Part shown: positions 9,683 to 20,775 of the stretch, piece after piece | Layout: every line of letters starts with the position of its first letter | Position numbering within the stretch: the first letter of the stretch is position 1 | NCBI RefSeq assembly: GCF_947367035.1 | Contig: NZ_CANBCA010000008.1 | Span: 6,198 to 70,197, forward strand | Direction: 5' to 3' | DNA length: 64,000 bases | Source of the DNA: an uncultured Helicobacter sp. | GTDB lineage: Bacteria > Campylobacterota > Campylobacteria > Campylobacterales > Helicobacteraceae | The notes under the pieces: generated by a model | Seen by the model: the letters and a program-made list of their open reading frames with translations, nothing else | The model's database searches: none | Told to the model about the DNA's origin: nothing | Position numbers and translations under genes: made by a program

Positions 9683-10239
9683 AAAAGCAGAAAGTCGTGT
9701 TTTTTGATAGGGACGGCGTAGTCAATCTTGAGGATTCGCCTTATGGTTACAAAATAGAGGAATTTTATTTTGCCCCGCATTTTATGGAGCTATTTTTAGG
9801 GCTTAAAAGACAAGATGCACTTTGTTTTGTGGTTACAAATCAATCGGGGATTGGTCGTGGAATCTTCACGCAAAAAGACTTTGAAAATTTAAGTGCATTT
9901 ATGCAAAACTGCATTCACTCCTGCCTTACGATTCCTTTGCGAGTAGATGGTTTTATGCCCAAAAACATTGGTTTTGATGGCGTTTATTTTTGTCCGCATA
10001 CTAAAGAGGAGCAATGTGATTGTCGCAAACCGAAATCTACTATGTTAGAATCTGCTATTAAAGAATTTGGTTTGAATTTGCAAGAATGCGATTCTTATAT
10101 TTTGGGAGATAAGGAAACTGATATGCAAGCGGGGTTGAAAGTGGGCGTGCAAACACGTATTTTAATAGGTGTAGAGGACGCTCCAAGCGCGACGCATAGG
10201 GTTGAAAATTTAAAAGAAGCAGGGAAAATTTTGCTCTAA
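9679..10239 (+). CDS. gmhB: D-glycero-beta-D-manno-heptose-1,7-bisphosphate 7-phosphatase
   Basis: HAD motif FFDRDGVVN, then TNQSGIGRG and the CxC motif CDCRKPK. The ATG overlaps the yhhQ stop (ATGA). Confidence 0.85.
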   Translation: MKKQKVVFFDRDGVVNLEDSPYGYKIEEFYFAPHFMELFLGLKRQDALCFVVTNQSGIGRGIFTQKDFENLSAFMQNCIHSCLTIPLRVDGFMPKNIGFDGVYFCPHTKEEQCDCRKPKSTMLESAIKEFGLNLQECDSYILGDKETDMQAGLKVGVQTRILIGVEDAPSATHRVENLKEAGKILL

Positions 10240-10249
10240 TATATTTTGC

Positions 10250-11499
10250 TTAGCGTTCTTGTAGGATTTTACTTGTGGAATCGTGGCAATCTCCAATTCC
10301 TTTTTTGGCAAGTTGAAATCTTTTTTGCAAGTTTAGGATTCTAAGAGGCAGGGTAAGCAATCTCCCTTTGCCCTTGTTGTAGGCTTTGATTGCCTCTTTG
10401 CCTATTTCTATGGCAAGGTTGTAGTCGCCTTGCGGAATCTCTCGTGAAGATTGATTGCTATCCAATCTTTTTATCGTCCAATAGCTTAAAATAGGAATTA
10501 AGAAATAAAGCCCAAGACGCGCAAATTTTAATAAAAGGAATCCCAAAGCTGCTTGAAAAGTCTTTGCTTGACTGGCGGATTTCTTAAGTTGCATAAGTTC
10601 GTCTGTGAAAATAAGGTGTCTTTTGCGCAATATCCCACCAAGTTTTGCCTAGAAATTTACCCTTAGTATCCACATAGATTTTATCGTCTTTCCAAGGTTT
10701 GTGGTCTAAGTAGTAATGCACGATTTTGGGATTCTTTAAGGCATTGTTTAGTTGGTTGCGTGTGTAGGAGATATTGAATCTCCCTCCCTCCTCTTTGGTT
10801 TTTGCATTGACAAAATAATAGACTAAAACATTCCAACATAAAGGCAGAATCTTGACTTTGTCCTTTAAAATATAATTTAAAATGCTTTGGTCGTGTTCCT
10901 TGAAATGATAGGAATCCATAGAGTGCAAGATTTGCGATTCTATCTCTTGCGCGCGCCATTTTTGCACATCTATGAGGAGCAAGCCAGAGTTAAAGTATCC
11001 TCGGGAGAGATTCAAAGGTGGGTGGGGATTCGCCTTTGGCATTAAAAGACGATTTGCTTTGTAATCTAGCACTACACCACAGACTTTATCCTCTAAATCA
11101 ATAGCAAAAATCTCGCGCAAATCCCCTAGAACAATTATATCCACATCTAAATAAAGCACTTTTTGCGCGCTAAAATCTAAAAACCTTGCAAAGAGAAGCC
11201 GATAAAAGCAAAGATAATTTTCATTGAGTTTTGGGAGATTGTTTTCTCTGAACTCCGCGTCATCACACAAATGAATCGTGATTTCTAAAGGGTAGATTAT
11301 AGAGAGTTTGGATTGAAGTTTGAGGAGTTTTTCTTGTGTGGATTTTGAGAAAAAATCACTTAAAATATGGAAGTGGTAAGGCTTGTTTTGCCCCCCCCCC
11401 CATTAATTGATTCGTATTTTGGATAATGCTTGTAATAAGAACAGCGGTAAAAGGCACATAGTCTTCTGTGGCGGTTAAAAGGATTGGATAATTTTGCAT
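10250..11499 (-). pseudogene. family-8 (RfaJ-like) LPS glycosyltransferase, phase-variable and out of frame as sequenced, with a second frame break near 10600-10630
   Basis: ATG at 11499 gives [33 protein letters not shown], then the G11 tract and a stop after 14 more codons. The frame that continues QNKPYHFHILSDFF...LDVDIIVLGD (GT8 DxD) needs G10 or G13. ORFs 10584-11270 and 10250-10630 are two further pieces. Confidence 0.7.
11391..11401 (-). repeat. poly-G(11) tract (C11 on the + strand) inside the 5' end of the GT8 gene
   Basis: Counted directly: 10 C at 11391-11400 plus C at 11401. Confidence 0.95.
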
Positions 11500-12437
11500 T
11501 ATTTAAACTCCCAATTTTGCGCTTTTTGCAAAATTTTTTCTGCCCCTTGTCGTAAGAACTCTTGCGCCATTTGCATACCTACACGCTCACAATCTCCAAG
11601 AGTTTTTACCTGCACTTTTAGGCATTCACGCAAAATCTTTGTGCCATCAGGCAAGCCCAAAATGGAGCGCACTTTTAAGATTCCATTTTCTAAGGCTGCA
11701 TTCACTCCAATAGGCACTTGACAGCCCCCATTCAATGTGCGCACAAATGCGCGCTCGCAGGTTGTTTCAAAGGCGGCTTTGGAATCGTTTAAAAATTGCA
11801 AGAGCGATTCTGCTTCGCTTCCCTTTTTACATTCTACACCCAATGCGGCTTGTCCCATAGCCGGAATCATAAAATCTAGCGGGAGAATGTATGGCACTTC
11901 TTTGTGGATTCCAAGCCGATTTACTCCCGCTTGCGCAAGGATAATTGCGTCAAAATCTCCCTCTTGAAGCTTTTTCAGTCTTGTTTGCACATTTCCGCGC
12001 AAACTTTGAGTTTCTAAATCCGCCCTTAAGGCACTAAGTTGCATTACACGCCGAAGCGAAGTTGTCCCTACACGCGCGCCAAATGGGAGTGCATCAATGC
12101 TAGGATATTTGAAGCTTAGAAAGCTATCCCGCACATCTTCTCGCTTCGTGATTGCTGCTAGACCCAAGCCTTCTACAAAATCTACCGGCACATCTTTTAA
12201 GCTATGCACCGCCAAATCAATTTCGCCTTTTAGGAGAAATTCTTCTAATTCTTTGGTAAAAAGCCCTTTGCCACCGATTTTAGCTAAAGGTACATCTAGG
12301 ATTTTATCTCCTTTGGTTTTGACGATTTTTATTTCTACTTTTATCTCTTTGTATTGTGCTTCTAGGCGGTCTTTGATATGATTTGCTTGCCAAAGTGCTA
12401 ACACACTTCCACGTGTCCCAATAATGAGTTGTCGCAT
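11499..12437 (-). CDS. hemC: hydroxymethylbilane synthase (porphobilinogen deaminase)
   Basis: 312 aa with the HemC pattern ([14 protein letters not shown]...[10 protein letters not shown]). Its TAA stop overlaps the GT8 ATG (TAATG). Confidence 0.9.
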   Translation of the reverse strand: MRQLIIGTRGSVLALWQANHIKDRLEAQYKEIKVEIKIVKTKGDKILDVPLAKIGGKGLFTKELEEFLLKGEIDLAVHSLKDVPVDFVEGLGLAAITKREDVRDSFLSFKYPSIDALPFGARVGTTSLRRVMQLSALRADLETQSLRGNVQTRLKKLQEGDFDAIILAQAGVNRLGIHKEVPYILPLDFMIPAMGQAALGVECKKGSEAESLLQFLNDSKAAFETTCERAFVRTLNGGCQVPIGVNAALENGILKVRSILGLPDGTKILRECLKVQVKTLGDCERVGMQMAQEFLRQGAEKILQKAQNWEFK

Positions 12438-12446
12438 TATTTCTCC

Positions 12447-12866
12447 TTACTTTTCTATGACTTCTACATCAATGATTTCACTATTTTGAGGCTTGTTGCT
12501 TGTATCAAAGGGTGTAGGATTAGAAGAGGATTTTTTTATAAAGGGTTTGATGGCTAGGAATCCAAGCGCACTAAACTGCATTAAGATTCCTAAAATATCG
12601 GTGAATCCAAAGGGCAAAATTAATAGAATTGCTCCAAGGATTCTAAAGATATTAGAACCTACAAAGGCTTCATAGCTAATCTCTCGCTCTCTAAGACGCT
12701 CAAGCGCATCGCCTAGAAAAAAGCGGTAATTTACTAGAATAAAAAATCCTAAAAGTGCGCTTATAATAATCTCTAGCACAAAACCTAAAACACCAATGAA
12801 ATCAATTATTTTATAAGTAATAAAAACTTCCAAAAACAAATAAATCAAGCCTAAAATTAATCGCAT
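12447..12866 (-). CDS. fxsA: FxsA-family membrane protein
   Basis: 139 aa with hydrophobic helices in an FxsA-like arrangement at the N-terminus. Confidence 0.55.
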   Translation of the reverse strand: MRLILGLIYLFLEVFITYKIIDFIGVLGFVLEIIISALLGFFILVNYRFFLGDALERLREREISYEAFVGSNIFRILGAILLILPFGFTDILGILMQFSALGFLAIKPFIKKSSSNPTPFDTSNKPQNSEIIDVEVIEK

Positions 12867-14596
12867 TGGAAAGCCTCAAGAAGTTTGGAAATGAGTGCGT
12901 CAAAGTCTTGAATATTTAAGCAAACTTTTTCTAAATTCTCGCGTTTTATGAGTTCTATCTCACCTTTTTCTAATCCTTTGCCTACTACGATTCCAAAGGG
13001 CAATCCTATCAATTCAAAATCGGCTATTTTTGCTCCATATCGCTCGGCTCTGTCATCTAATAGGCATTCAATGCCTACATTTTGCAAGGTTTCATAGAGT
13101 TTGAAACTCATTTGCATTTGGGATTCCTCTTTGATATTAGAAACGATGATATGAACGCAAAAAGGCGCACTAGCTCGTGTCCAAATCATTCCACGCTCAT
13201 CGTGATGTTGCTCTATGATTGCACTTAAAAGCCGTGAGATTCCGATTCCATAACAACCCATAATAAAGGGCTTTGCCTTGCCCTCCTCATCTAAAAATGT
13301 CGCTTCCATTGCACTGGAATATTTCGTGCCAAGTTGGAAAATATGTCCCGCTTCAATCCCTTTTGTAAAGTAGAGTTTGCCTTTTCTGCAAACAGGGCAG
13401 AAATCCCCCTCTTTGACTTCTACCAAATCCTTAAACTCCAATCCCTCAAAAGTGCTTAAATCTACGCCGACAAAGTGATAATTCGTTTCATTTGCTCCAC
13501 AGATGAGATTGTTGGCGTTTTCTAGTTCTTTATCAAAATAGATATAAGGGCTAGAAGTGAGATTACGTAAGGCAAAAGGTCCGATGAATCCTTGCGCAAG
13601 CCCTGCGCTTTTTAAGTCTTTTTCGCTTGCTTCTACAAGTTCGTTTGCACCTGCAATGGCGTTTAGGGCTTTGGTTTCGTTTAAATTATCACTTCCACGC
13701 AAGAAAAAATACACCAATGCACTTTTTCCGCCATCAAAGAGTGCTTTTTTTACCACTGTCTTGAGCATCCAAAAAGGTTCTACCTTGAAAAACTTGCTTA
13801 AAGATTCTATGGTTTGCACCTTTGGAGTGTGGAATTTGGCAAACGAAGCGACAGGAGCTTCTGTGTTTGGAAGTTTTTTAACGCGCGTGGCTGCTTCTAT
13901 GTTTGCCCCATATTGACAACTATCACACACACAAATCGTGTCCTCTCCGCTCTTTGCAAGCACCATAAATTCTTTACTTCCACTCCCACCAATCGCTCCG
14001 CTGTCCGCAAGGACGGCGCGGAAGTCCAAGCCTAAACGCGTAAAGATTCTACTATAAGTGGTTTCCATAAGGTCAAATTCGTGTTTTAAATCCTCATAGC
14101 TTGAATGGAAGCTATAACCATCTTTCATAATAAATTCTCGTGCGCGCATAAGCCCAAAGCGCGGACGAATCTCATCGCGGAATTTGAGGTTGATTTGGTA
14201 GAGGTGAATTGGAAGTTGTTTGTAGCTTTTAATATTTGCCTTGACTAGCTCTGTAACCACCTCTTCGTGTGTTGGTCCTAACACAAAGTCATTGTCTTTT
14301 CTATCTTTGAAGCGCAACAGCTCTTTCCCATATCTTTCCAATCGTCCGCTTTTTTGCCATAGAGTTGAAGGAGTAACAAAGCCAAGTGAGACTTCATTTG
14401 CTCCTGCATTGTCCATTTCTTCTTTGACAATTTGGCGCACTTTGTCCAAAACGCGTTTGCCAAGTGGTAAAAAGTTATAGATTCCACTACCAATTTGTTG
14501 GATAAATCCACCACGCATCAAATATTCGTGGCTTTTTAAAACAATATCTTTAGGAGTTTCTTTAAAAGTAGGGAGAAATAATTTTGAAAATTGCAT
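12857..14596 (-). CDS. proS: proline--tRNA ligase
   Basis: 579 aa with class II aaRS ProS motifs ([29 protein letters not shown]). Confidence 0.95.
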   Translation of the reverse strand: MQFSKLFLPTFKETPKDIVLKSHEYLMRGGFIQQIGSGIYNFLPLGKRVLDKVRQIVKEEMDNAGANEVSLGFVTPSTLWQKSGRLERYGKELLRFKDRKDNDFVLGPTHEEVVTELVKANIKSYKQLPIHLYQINLKFRDEIRPRFGLMRAREFIMKDGYSFHSSYEDLKHEFDLMETTYSRIFTRLGLDFRAVLADSGAIGGSGSKEFMVLAKSGEDTICVCDSCQYGANIEAATRVKKLPNTEAPVASFAKFHTPKVQTIESLSKFFKVEPFWMLKTVVKKALFDGGKSALVYFFLRGSDNLNETKALNAIAGANELVEASEKDLKSAGLAQGFIGPFALRNLTSSPYIYFDKELENANNLICGANETNYHFVGVDLSTFEGLEFKDLVEVKEGDFCPVCRKGKLYFTKGIEAGHIFQLGTKYSSAMEATFLDEEGKAKPFIMGCYGIGISRLLSAIIEQHHDERGMIWTRASAPFCVHIIVSNIKEESQMQMSFKLYETLQNVGIECLLDDRAERYGAKIADFELIGLPFGIVVGKGLEKGEIELIKRENLEKVCLNIQDFDALISKLLEAFQCD

Positions 14597-14609
14597 AATT
14601 TTCCTTTGA

Positions 14610-15941
14610 TTAAGGTAGAGTTTTATCTTGTGCGTATTCGCATTTGTAGGATTCTAGCATTTTATCTTGTGTTTCTTGTTCAAATAAGAATCGCAGGGAT
14701 TCCACTACGCTATCGCCCTTGGGTGTGTTAGCAATGGTTTTTAGATTAATCGTTAAATCGTGTAAAAAGGCATTAAAGGCGTTGTGTAAAGTCTTTTCAA
14801 TGTTTTTTTCATAATCCTTTGGTAAATAACCTTTTGTGATTCCTTTGCTTAATTCTTTTAGTGCAACGTCTTTAGCAAGGGCGCGGATTGTTTTGATAAG
14901 TGGTTCTACATTCAGGCTTTGTTGCCAGCTAAAAAACTCTTGTGTAGAGCGTCCCACGATTCCATAGGCTATTTTTGCTTGTTCTTCACGCAAGGCTAAA
15001 TTTTTGCGCACAATATCTTCTAAGTCATCTACGGCGTAAATTTGGATTTCATTAAATTTTTCCATAATTTCACATTCAATATCTCTTGGCACAGCCAAAT
15101 CAAACCAATAGCGATTCCAATCTCTCGCTTCTATCATATCGCAAGTGATAATCGTATGGGGTGCGCCTGTGGCACTAAAGATGAGGGGAATTCCATTGAT
15201 ATGGAGGCTAAGGTCTTTGAAGCTCTCTGCACGAATCTTAGCGCTTGGGTGCGAAGAGAGAATCTCATCACAAATTTTTTGGGCATTTTGGATTTCACGA
15301 TTAATGATTAAAACTTCGCAATTTGCATTAATTAAATGCTTTGCACAAAGGCTACTCATCTCTCCTGCTCCGATGACAAGTGCAAAGCAGTCTTTTAAAT
15401 CCCCTAGAATTTCTTTTGCTTTAGCCACAGCAGTGCTTGCTACGGAAACAGAATTTTGTGAAATACTTGTAGAGTTACGCACACTTGCTGCACAACGAAA
15501 GGCAAAATGAATTGCACGGGAAAGATATAAGCCGCAACAGCCTAATTCATAAGAAAACTTAAAGGCACTCTTTAATTGACCTGAAATCTGTGTTTCTCCT
15601 ACGACTAAACTATCTAGTGAGCTTGCCACACTAAAGAGATGATGAATCGCACTTAAGTTTTCATAGCTATCCGCACGAGTTTGTAGCTCATTGATTGGGA
15701 CTTTGGAGTAGTTGCTTAGTTTATCTAGTAAAAATTCTTCCGCCTTTTCTGAATTTTGGACATTTAGTATAAATTCAATGCGGTTACAAGTAGAAAGAAT
15801 GACCGCTTCGTCTATGAATTTGTTGCCAACTAAATCTTGCAAAAACTCTTTGGTTGCAGGATTCTTTATATCCAAGCTTAAGGATTCGCGCATAGTAATA
15901 TCAGTATTTTTATGCGAATAGCTTAAAATGTAGTAATCCAT
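14610..15941 (-). CDS. hemA: glutamyl-tRNA reductase
   Basis: 443 aa with HemA motifs ([18 protein letters not shown]). Confidence 0.9.
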   Translation of the reverse strand: MDYYILSYSHKNTDITMRESLSLDIKNPATKEFLQDLVGNKFIDEAVILSTCNRIEFILNVQNSEKAEEFLLDKLSNYSKVPINELQTRADSYENLSAIHHLFSVASSLDSLVVGETQISGQLKSAFKFSYELGCCGLYLSRAIHFAFRCAASVRNSTSISQNSVSVASTAVAKAKEILGDLKDCFALVIGAGEMSSLCAKHLINANCEVLIINREIQNAQKICDEILSSHPSAKIRAESFKDLSLHINGIPLIFSATGAPHTIITCDMIEARDWNRYWFDLAVPRDIECEIMEKFNEIQIYAVDDLEDIVRKNLALREEQAKIAYGIVGRSTQEFFSWQQSLNVEPLIKTIRALAKDVALKELSKGITKGYLPKDYEKNIEKTLHNAFNAFLHDLTINLKTIANTPKGDSVVESLRFLFEQETQDKMLESYKCEYAQDKTLP

Positions 15942-15949
15942 TGGTTTCC

Positions 15950-16888
15950 TTAAAAGTCGCGTTCAATCATTTCGCGCATAATTTGTATAAGTTTATCACA
16001 AGATTGATTAGCAATCGCTTCAATACCTTTGTTGCCCAAGTGTTTTGCCAAAGTAATGCTTTTAGTAATTGCGCCTTTTGCTTGCAATTTTTCTAAAATC
16101 CAATCTTGTTCTTGTGTTTGCAAGTCTTGCTTAAACGCATTTTTTAAACGCATTTTGTCGCTATCGTTTAATTCATTATATAAATAAATATAGGGTAGGG
16201 TAGTTTTGCCCTCTTCAAAGTCGCTTAAAGTAGGCTTTCCCAAAGTTTTGGAATCAGAAATAATGTCTAGCACATCATCAATGATTTGAAATGCCATTCC
16301 AAGATTGCGACCATAGAGTCGGAATCCTTGCGCTTCCTCTATGCTTTTTCCTGCCAGAAATGCCGCAGAGTATGCTGTGGCTTCAATTAAAATAGCTGTT
16401 TTGTGTTCTATCATTTTGAGATATTTAGTCTCATCAGGATTAAAGCTTTTTGCTAATTCTACATCTTCTATTTCACCGATTGCAAGGGTTGTTACTGCAT
16501 TGGCTACAATGCGTGGAATCATCGGATATTTTTCTTGCAAAGTGGTAAGCTCACAAAAGGCTTTGGAATAAAAAATGTCGCCTAGCATAATAGAGTTTTT
16601 ATCACCAAAAAGCGCATTAATAGAGGGTTTAGAGCGCCTTGTAAGTGCATTGTCAATTACATCATCGTGTAAGAGCGAAGCCGTTTGAATCATCTCAATA
16701 ATGGCACAAAGCAAAATACACTCTTCGCTTTCACCTGCAATGTGAAGTGCAAGTTTAGAGCGGAGCATTTTACCTTGTTGCAAATGCGCACTCAAGCTTA
16801 ACACAAGCGGGGATTCTAACTCTTTTAAAAAATCTTGGATTCTTGTTTCAATGTGCGCTAAAGCCTCCATTTGGCACTTTCCTTTCAT
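15950..16888 (-). CDS. ispB: polyprenyl-diphosphate synthase (octaprenyl-type, IspB-like)
   Basis: Both Asp-rich motifs are present (LLHDDVIDN, IIDDVLD). The true start may be the second Met, at 16870. Confidence 0.8.
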   Translation of the reverse strand: MKGKCQMEALAHIETRIQDFLKELESPLVLSLSAHLQQGKMLRSKLALHIAGESEECILLCAIIEMIQTASLLHDDVIDNALTRRSKPSINALFGDKNSIMLGDIFYSKAFCELTTLQEKYPMIPRIVANAVTTLAIGEIEDVELAKSFNPDETKYLKMIEHKTAILIEATAYSAAFLAGKSIEEAQGFRLYGRNLGMAFQIIDDVLDIISDSKTLGKPTLSDFEEGKTTLPYIYLYNELNDSDKMRLKNAFKQDLQTQEQDWILEKLQAKGAITKSITLAKHLGNKGIEAIANQSCDKLIQIMREMIERDF

Positions 16889-17306
16889 TAATGATATTAA
16901 AATCTCTATTTCCTTGAAACAGATAATATTTCAAAGTTGCAATTTTTTTGGTGCGGTGATAATCCTTGAAGCATAACATAAAAAAGGGTTCTTCGCTATA
17001 GTATTTTTGCTCTGGTTTGAGCAGAGGGATTTTATAGCATCTGCGTTGATAGTCTTGGTAAAGAATAAATTGATGAGGGAACGAATCGTAATTTAGATGC
17101 ATTACCAAGCCCTCATTCTTTAACAATGTCCAACGAAAAAACAATGTTTTAACCGATTCTCTTGCTTGTAGGGTTAAAAGATAAAATTCATCTTTGTTTA
17201 GTTCAAGGAACTTTTCTGCTTTCCATACTGGTGGGGCAAATAAGTTTGAGATACCTAGAATTGCGCTTAAGAATGCAGATAAACTAAAGCATAAAAACAT
17301 TTTCAT
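16848..17306 (-). CDS. hypothetical exported protein
   Basis: 152-aa ORF with an N-terminal signal-like segment. It is co-directional with its neighbours and overlaps ispB. Confidence 0.4.
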   Translation of the reverse strand: MKMFLCFSLSAFLSAILGISNLFAPPVWKAEKFLELNKDEFYLLTLQARESVKTLFFRWTLLKNEGLVMHLNYDSFPHQFILYQDYQRRCYKIPLLKPEQKYYSEEPFFMLCFKDYHRTKKIATLKYYLFQGNRDFNIINERKVPNGGFSAH

Positions 17307-17348
17307 TTAAGATTCCATTTGGGCATTTAGTGTAATACCGCATTATGT

Positions 17349-17615
17349 CTATTCATTTTGCGTTAAGATATTTCCCATAGATTCAATAGCAATGTTTTGT
17401 GTCCGATGATGAATCTCTTCTGTTGATTCCTCGCTACGGGTTAAATAAGCCAATTCTTCTTCCCACATTTCGCCCAAACGCTTTTCAAGTAGAATCTCCA
17501 TTGCTGCTTGTCGTTCTAGTAAGCGCGTAAGCTCTTGTGCGCTTAAACCTTGTGAGGCATTAAAGATAATTTCAATCCATTTTTCTTGTGGCAAACCTTC
17601 TAAAATATGTTCCAT
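17349..17615 (-). CDS. hypothetical acidic 88-aa protein
   Basis: The ORF sits immediately downstream of hisD with a 10-nt gap. No family recognised. Confidence 0.4.
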   Translation of the reverse strand: MEHILEGLPQEKWIEIIFNASQGLSAQELTRLLERQAAMEILLEKRLGEMWEEELAYLTRSEESTEEIHHRTQNIAIESMGNILTQNE

Positions 17616-17625
17616 AGGTATTCCT

Positions 17626-18927
17626 TTATGATTTTAGTCTTGCAAGCACAGCATTTTGATGTGCATCTAGTCCCTCTATATGTGCTATGATTCCACACTC
17701 TTGTCCCATTTGCATAATTCCTTTTTTGGAAAAAGCAATAATGGAGCTTTTTTTCATAAAATGCTCTGTGGAGAGGGGTGAGAAAAACTTTGCACTTCCA
17801 CCTGTTGGCAGGGTGTGATTAGGTCCTGCGATATAATCTCCAATGGGTTCAGGAGTGTTTTCACCAATAAAAATTGCTCCAGCGTGTTTAATTTCTGATA
17901 GAATCTCTAAAGGATTTTGAACGAGCAATTCTAAATGTTCGGGTGCAATTTGATTCATCAAGGCAATGCCTTCTTGAATGTTTTGCACCACGATGATTGC
18001 TCCGCGCTTATTGATAGATTTTGTCGTGATTTCTTTGCGTGGCAAAGTAGCTAAAAATTCTTCAATCTTTTGTGCGACTCGCTTTGCTAAACTTTCACTT
18101 GTGGTAATAAGAATGGAACTTGCCATTTCATCGTGTTCTGCTTGAGAGAGCAAATCCCAAGCAAGATAATCCGCCCTTGTTGCTTCGCCATCATTTAAGA
18201 TTCCAATCTCACTAGGTCCTGCAATCATATCAATATTTACTTCTCCAAACACAAGTTTTTTAGCGGTGGCGACATAAATATTTCCCGGTCCTGTAATCAC
18301 ATCTACCTTTTTAATATGATTTTCCACACCAAAGGCAAGTGCGCCAATGGCACTTGCACCACCGATTTTATAGGCTTCTTTAATGCCACAAAGGTGCATA
18401 GCTGCAAGTAATAAAGGATTGGGTTCATTGTGTGGAGTGGGTGTGCAAACCACGATTTCTTGCACTCCTGCAACAAGTGCCGGAATCGCATTCATTAAAA
18501 GTGAGCTAGGATAAGCTGCTTTGCCACCGGGAATATACAATCCCGCCCTATCCATAGGCGTAACTTTTTGTCCTAAAATATTGCCATTTTCTTCAAAGTC
18601 TAACCAAGTTTTGGGCTTTTGTTTGGAATGAAACGCATAAATGCGTTCAAAAGCTAGTTGTAAGGAATCTTTTAAAGAAGTTTCTAGGGTTTCATAGGCA
18701 TTTTGCATTTGTTCTTGTGTGATTTGTAAATCCGAAAAGCGAGTCGGATTCCAACTATCAAATTGTGCCACTTGCGCTATAATCGCATTTTGTCCTTGAT
18801 TTTTAATTGCGTTTAATAGTTCTTTAACGCATTCTACAACGCTTTGTATATCCATAGCACCGCGTTTTAGTATTTTTTCAAATTGAATATTAAAATCCAA
18901 ATCCTTGCTGTTAAACAAAGCAATCAT
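17626..18927 (-). CDS. hisD: histidinol dehydrogenase
   Basis: 433 aa with HisD motifs (GPGNIYVATAK, SQAEHD, APEHLEL). Confidence 0.9.
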   Translation of the reverse strand: MIALFNSKDLDFNIQFEKILKRGAMDIQSVVECVKELLNAIKNQGQNAIIAQVAQFDSWNPTRFSDLQITQEQMQNAYETLETSLKDSLQLAFERIYAFHSKQKPKTWLDFEENGNILGQKVTPMDRAGLYIPGGKAAYPSSLLMNAIPALVAGVQEIVVCTPTPHNEPNPLLLAAMHLCGIKEAYKIGGASAIGALAFGVENHIKKVDVITGPGNIYVATAKKLVFGEVNIDMIAGPSEIGILNDGEATRADYLAWDLLSQAEHDEMASSILITTSESLAKRVAQKIEEFLATLPRKEITTKSINKRGAIIVVQNIQEGIALMNQIAPEHLELLVQNPLEILSEIKHAGAIFIGENTPEPIGDYIAGPNHTLPTGGSAKFFSPLSTEHFMKKSSIIAFSKKGIMQMGQECGIIAHIEGLDAHQNAVLARLKS

Positions 18928-19124
18928 TTTTGAAAACTCCTTGCAATTTTTAAGAGTTTGGCATTTTAGCTTTTATATATTTAATTTTATTTTAATTGCG
19001 TCTTATGCTTGCTTAAAGGTTCTTTTTTGCTTGTTTTTTCTTTAGATTGATGTAAAGAAGTCGCTTTAGGCTAAATTTGTATAAAAGTTTGTTAAAATTA
19101 GTAATCAATTTTTAAAGGCATAGA

Positions 19125-19553
19125 ATGCAAGATTCCAAATTGCGAACGATTTTAAAAGAATCCAAAGTTATTGCAGTGCTTGGGCTTTCTCCAGAGCAAA
19201 CTAAACCAAGTCATAAAGTCGCACGATTTCTACAAGAAAAAGGCTATAAGATTCTACCTATTTATCCTAAAGGAGGTGAGATTTTAGGTGAGTGTGCTTA
19301 TACTAGCATTAAAGAAGTCTTTGAAGCACAAAATAAAGTAGGGTTGCAAATAGATATTTTGAATGTTTTTCGCAAAAGTGAAGCTTTGCTAGAGGTTGCG
19401 CGTGAAGTGTTGGAGTTGGCAAATCCTCCTAAGTGTGTTTGGGTACAATTAGGATTGCAAAATGCGCAGGCGCGTAAAATGCTAGAGAATACAAAGATAA
19501 TGTATGTTGAAAATTTATGTATCAAACTTGAATATGAAAGGTTATTTGTATGA
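19125..19553 (+). CDS. CoA-binding protein (YccU/YneT-like)
   Basis: 142 aa with a CoA-binding-fold pattern (VIAVLGLSPEQTKPSHKVARFLQEKGYKILPIYP). Confidence 0.7.
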   Translation: MQDSKLRTILKESKVIAVLGLSPEQTKPSHKVARFLQEKGYKILPIYPKGGEILGECAYTSIKEVFEAQNKVGLQIDILNVFRKSEALLEVAREVLELANPPKCVWVQLGLQNAQARKMLENTKIMYVENLCIKLEYERLFV

Positions 19554-20758
19554 TTCCACTTGCTAAAATTATGGACGCTAAGGCACGATTAGAGGGAATT
19601 GTGCAACATACGAAGTTAGCCTTTGCTCCTAAGCTTAGCCAAATTTGTGGAGCAAAAGTGTATGTCAAGCAAGAAAACTTACAAAATACAGGCTCTTTTA
19701 AGTTGCGCGGTGCTTTTAATAAAATTTCTTCGTTAAGCAAGGAAGAGCGTGCCTGTGGTGTGATTGCTTCAAGTGCAGGGAATCACGCACAAGGGGTTGC
19801 GTATAGCGCAAAACATTATGGAATCAAGGGCGTGATTGTAATGCCAGAGGCGACGCCTTTGCTCAAAGTAATGGGAGTAAAAGAGCTTGGCGCAGAGGCG
19901 ATTTTAAAAGGTAACAATTATGATGAGGCTTATGCTTATGCGTTGGAATACGCAAAAAAACATCATTTGCAATTTATTCACCCTTTTGCTGACGAAGAAG
20001 TGATTGCAGGACAAGGCACGGTGGCATTAGAAATGATTGAGGCACAAAGTCATCTCACAAGTATTGTCGTGCCCATTGGAGGTGGAGGGTTAATTGCTGG
20101 AATTGCAGCGGCTTATAAGCAAATGTTACCAAGTGTGCGCATTGTTGGAGTTGTCGCAGAGGGTGCGCCCGGAATGTATTATTCTTATCACAAAAAAGAA
20201 ATCCAAAGCACGGATTCTGTGCGCACAATTGCTGATGGAATCGCCGTGCGTGATGTGAATACTAAGAATTTTGAATATATTTTGGAATCCGTAGATGAAG
20301 TTGTAATGGTAGATGATGAAGAAATTGCAAATGCGGTGCTTTATTTACTAGAAAACCAAAAGTTGGTTGTAGAAGGCGCAGGGGCTAGTGTAGTTGCAGC
20401 CGTATTACATCATAAGTTTGCTCTGCAAAAGGACGAATCTCTGGGGCTTGTGTTAAGCGGAGGGAATATTGATGTAACAATGCTTGGAAACATCATTGAG
20501 CGTGGGCTTGTGCGCTCACATCGCAAAATGCAAATTTCTGTAACCTTGATAGACAAGCCCGGAAGTTTGCAAAAATTAAGTGATTTACTTTCAACTCTTG
20601 GTGCAAACATTGTCAAGATTGACTTTGATAGGACTTCTACTTCTCTTGCTTTTGGTGATGCAAACATTGTCATTATGCTTGAAACAAAAGGCAAAGAACA
20701 CCAAGAATCCATAAGGGCGCAATTAAAAAGTCAAGACTATGTTTTTGTAGAAATTTAA
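19550..20758 (+). CDS. ilvA: threonine ammonia-lyase (PLP-dependent, C-terminal ACT-like domain)
   Basis: 402 aa. The PLP lysine motif is ENLQNTGSFKLRGA, followed by SAGNHAQG and a glycine loop. Confidence 0.85.
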   Translation: MIPLAKIMDAKARLEGIVQHTKLAFAPKLSQICGAKVYVKQENLQNTGSFKLRGAFNKISSLSKEERACGVIASSAGNHAQGVAYSAKHYGIKGVIVMPEATPLLKVMGVKELGAEAILKGNNYDEAYAYALEYAKKHHLQFIHPFADEEVIAGQGTVALEMIEAQSHLTSIVVPIGGGGLIAGIAAAYKQMLPSVRIVGVVAEGAPGMYYSYHKKEIQSTDSVRTIADGIAVRDVNTKNFEYILESVDEVVMVDDEEIANAVLYLLENQKLVVEGAGASVVAAVLHHKFALQKDESLGLVLSGGNIDVTMLGNIIERGLVRSHRKMQISVTLIDKPGSLQKLSDLLSTLGANIVKIDFDRTSTSLAFGDANIVIMLETKGKEHQESIRAQLKSQDYVFVEI

Positions 20759-20775
20759 GGAATCTTGCAATCAAA

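Noticed and set aside
10250-10630. 126-aa ORF as an independent small membrane protein gene
   Set aside because: It has a TTG start and overlaps the preceding GT8 piece by 47 nt. It also continues the sense (…KTPYF|TDELMQL…) after a 1-nt shift in a T run. A detached C-terminal part of the GT8 gene is therefore more parsimonious.
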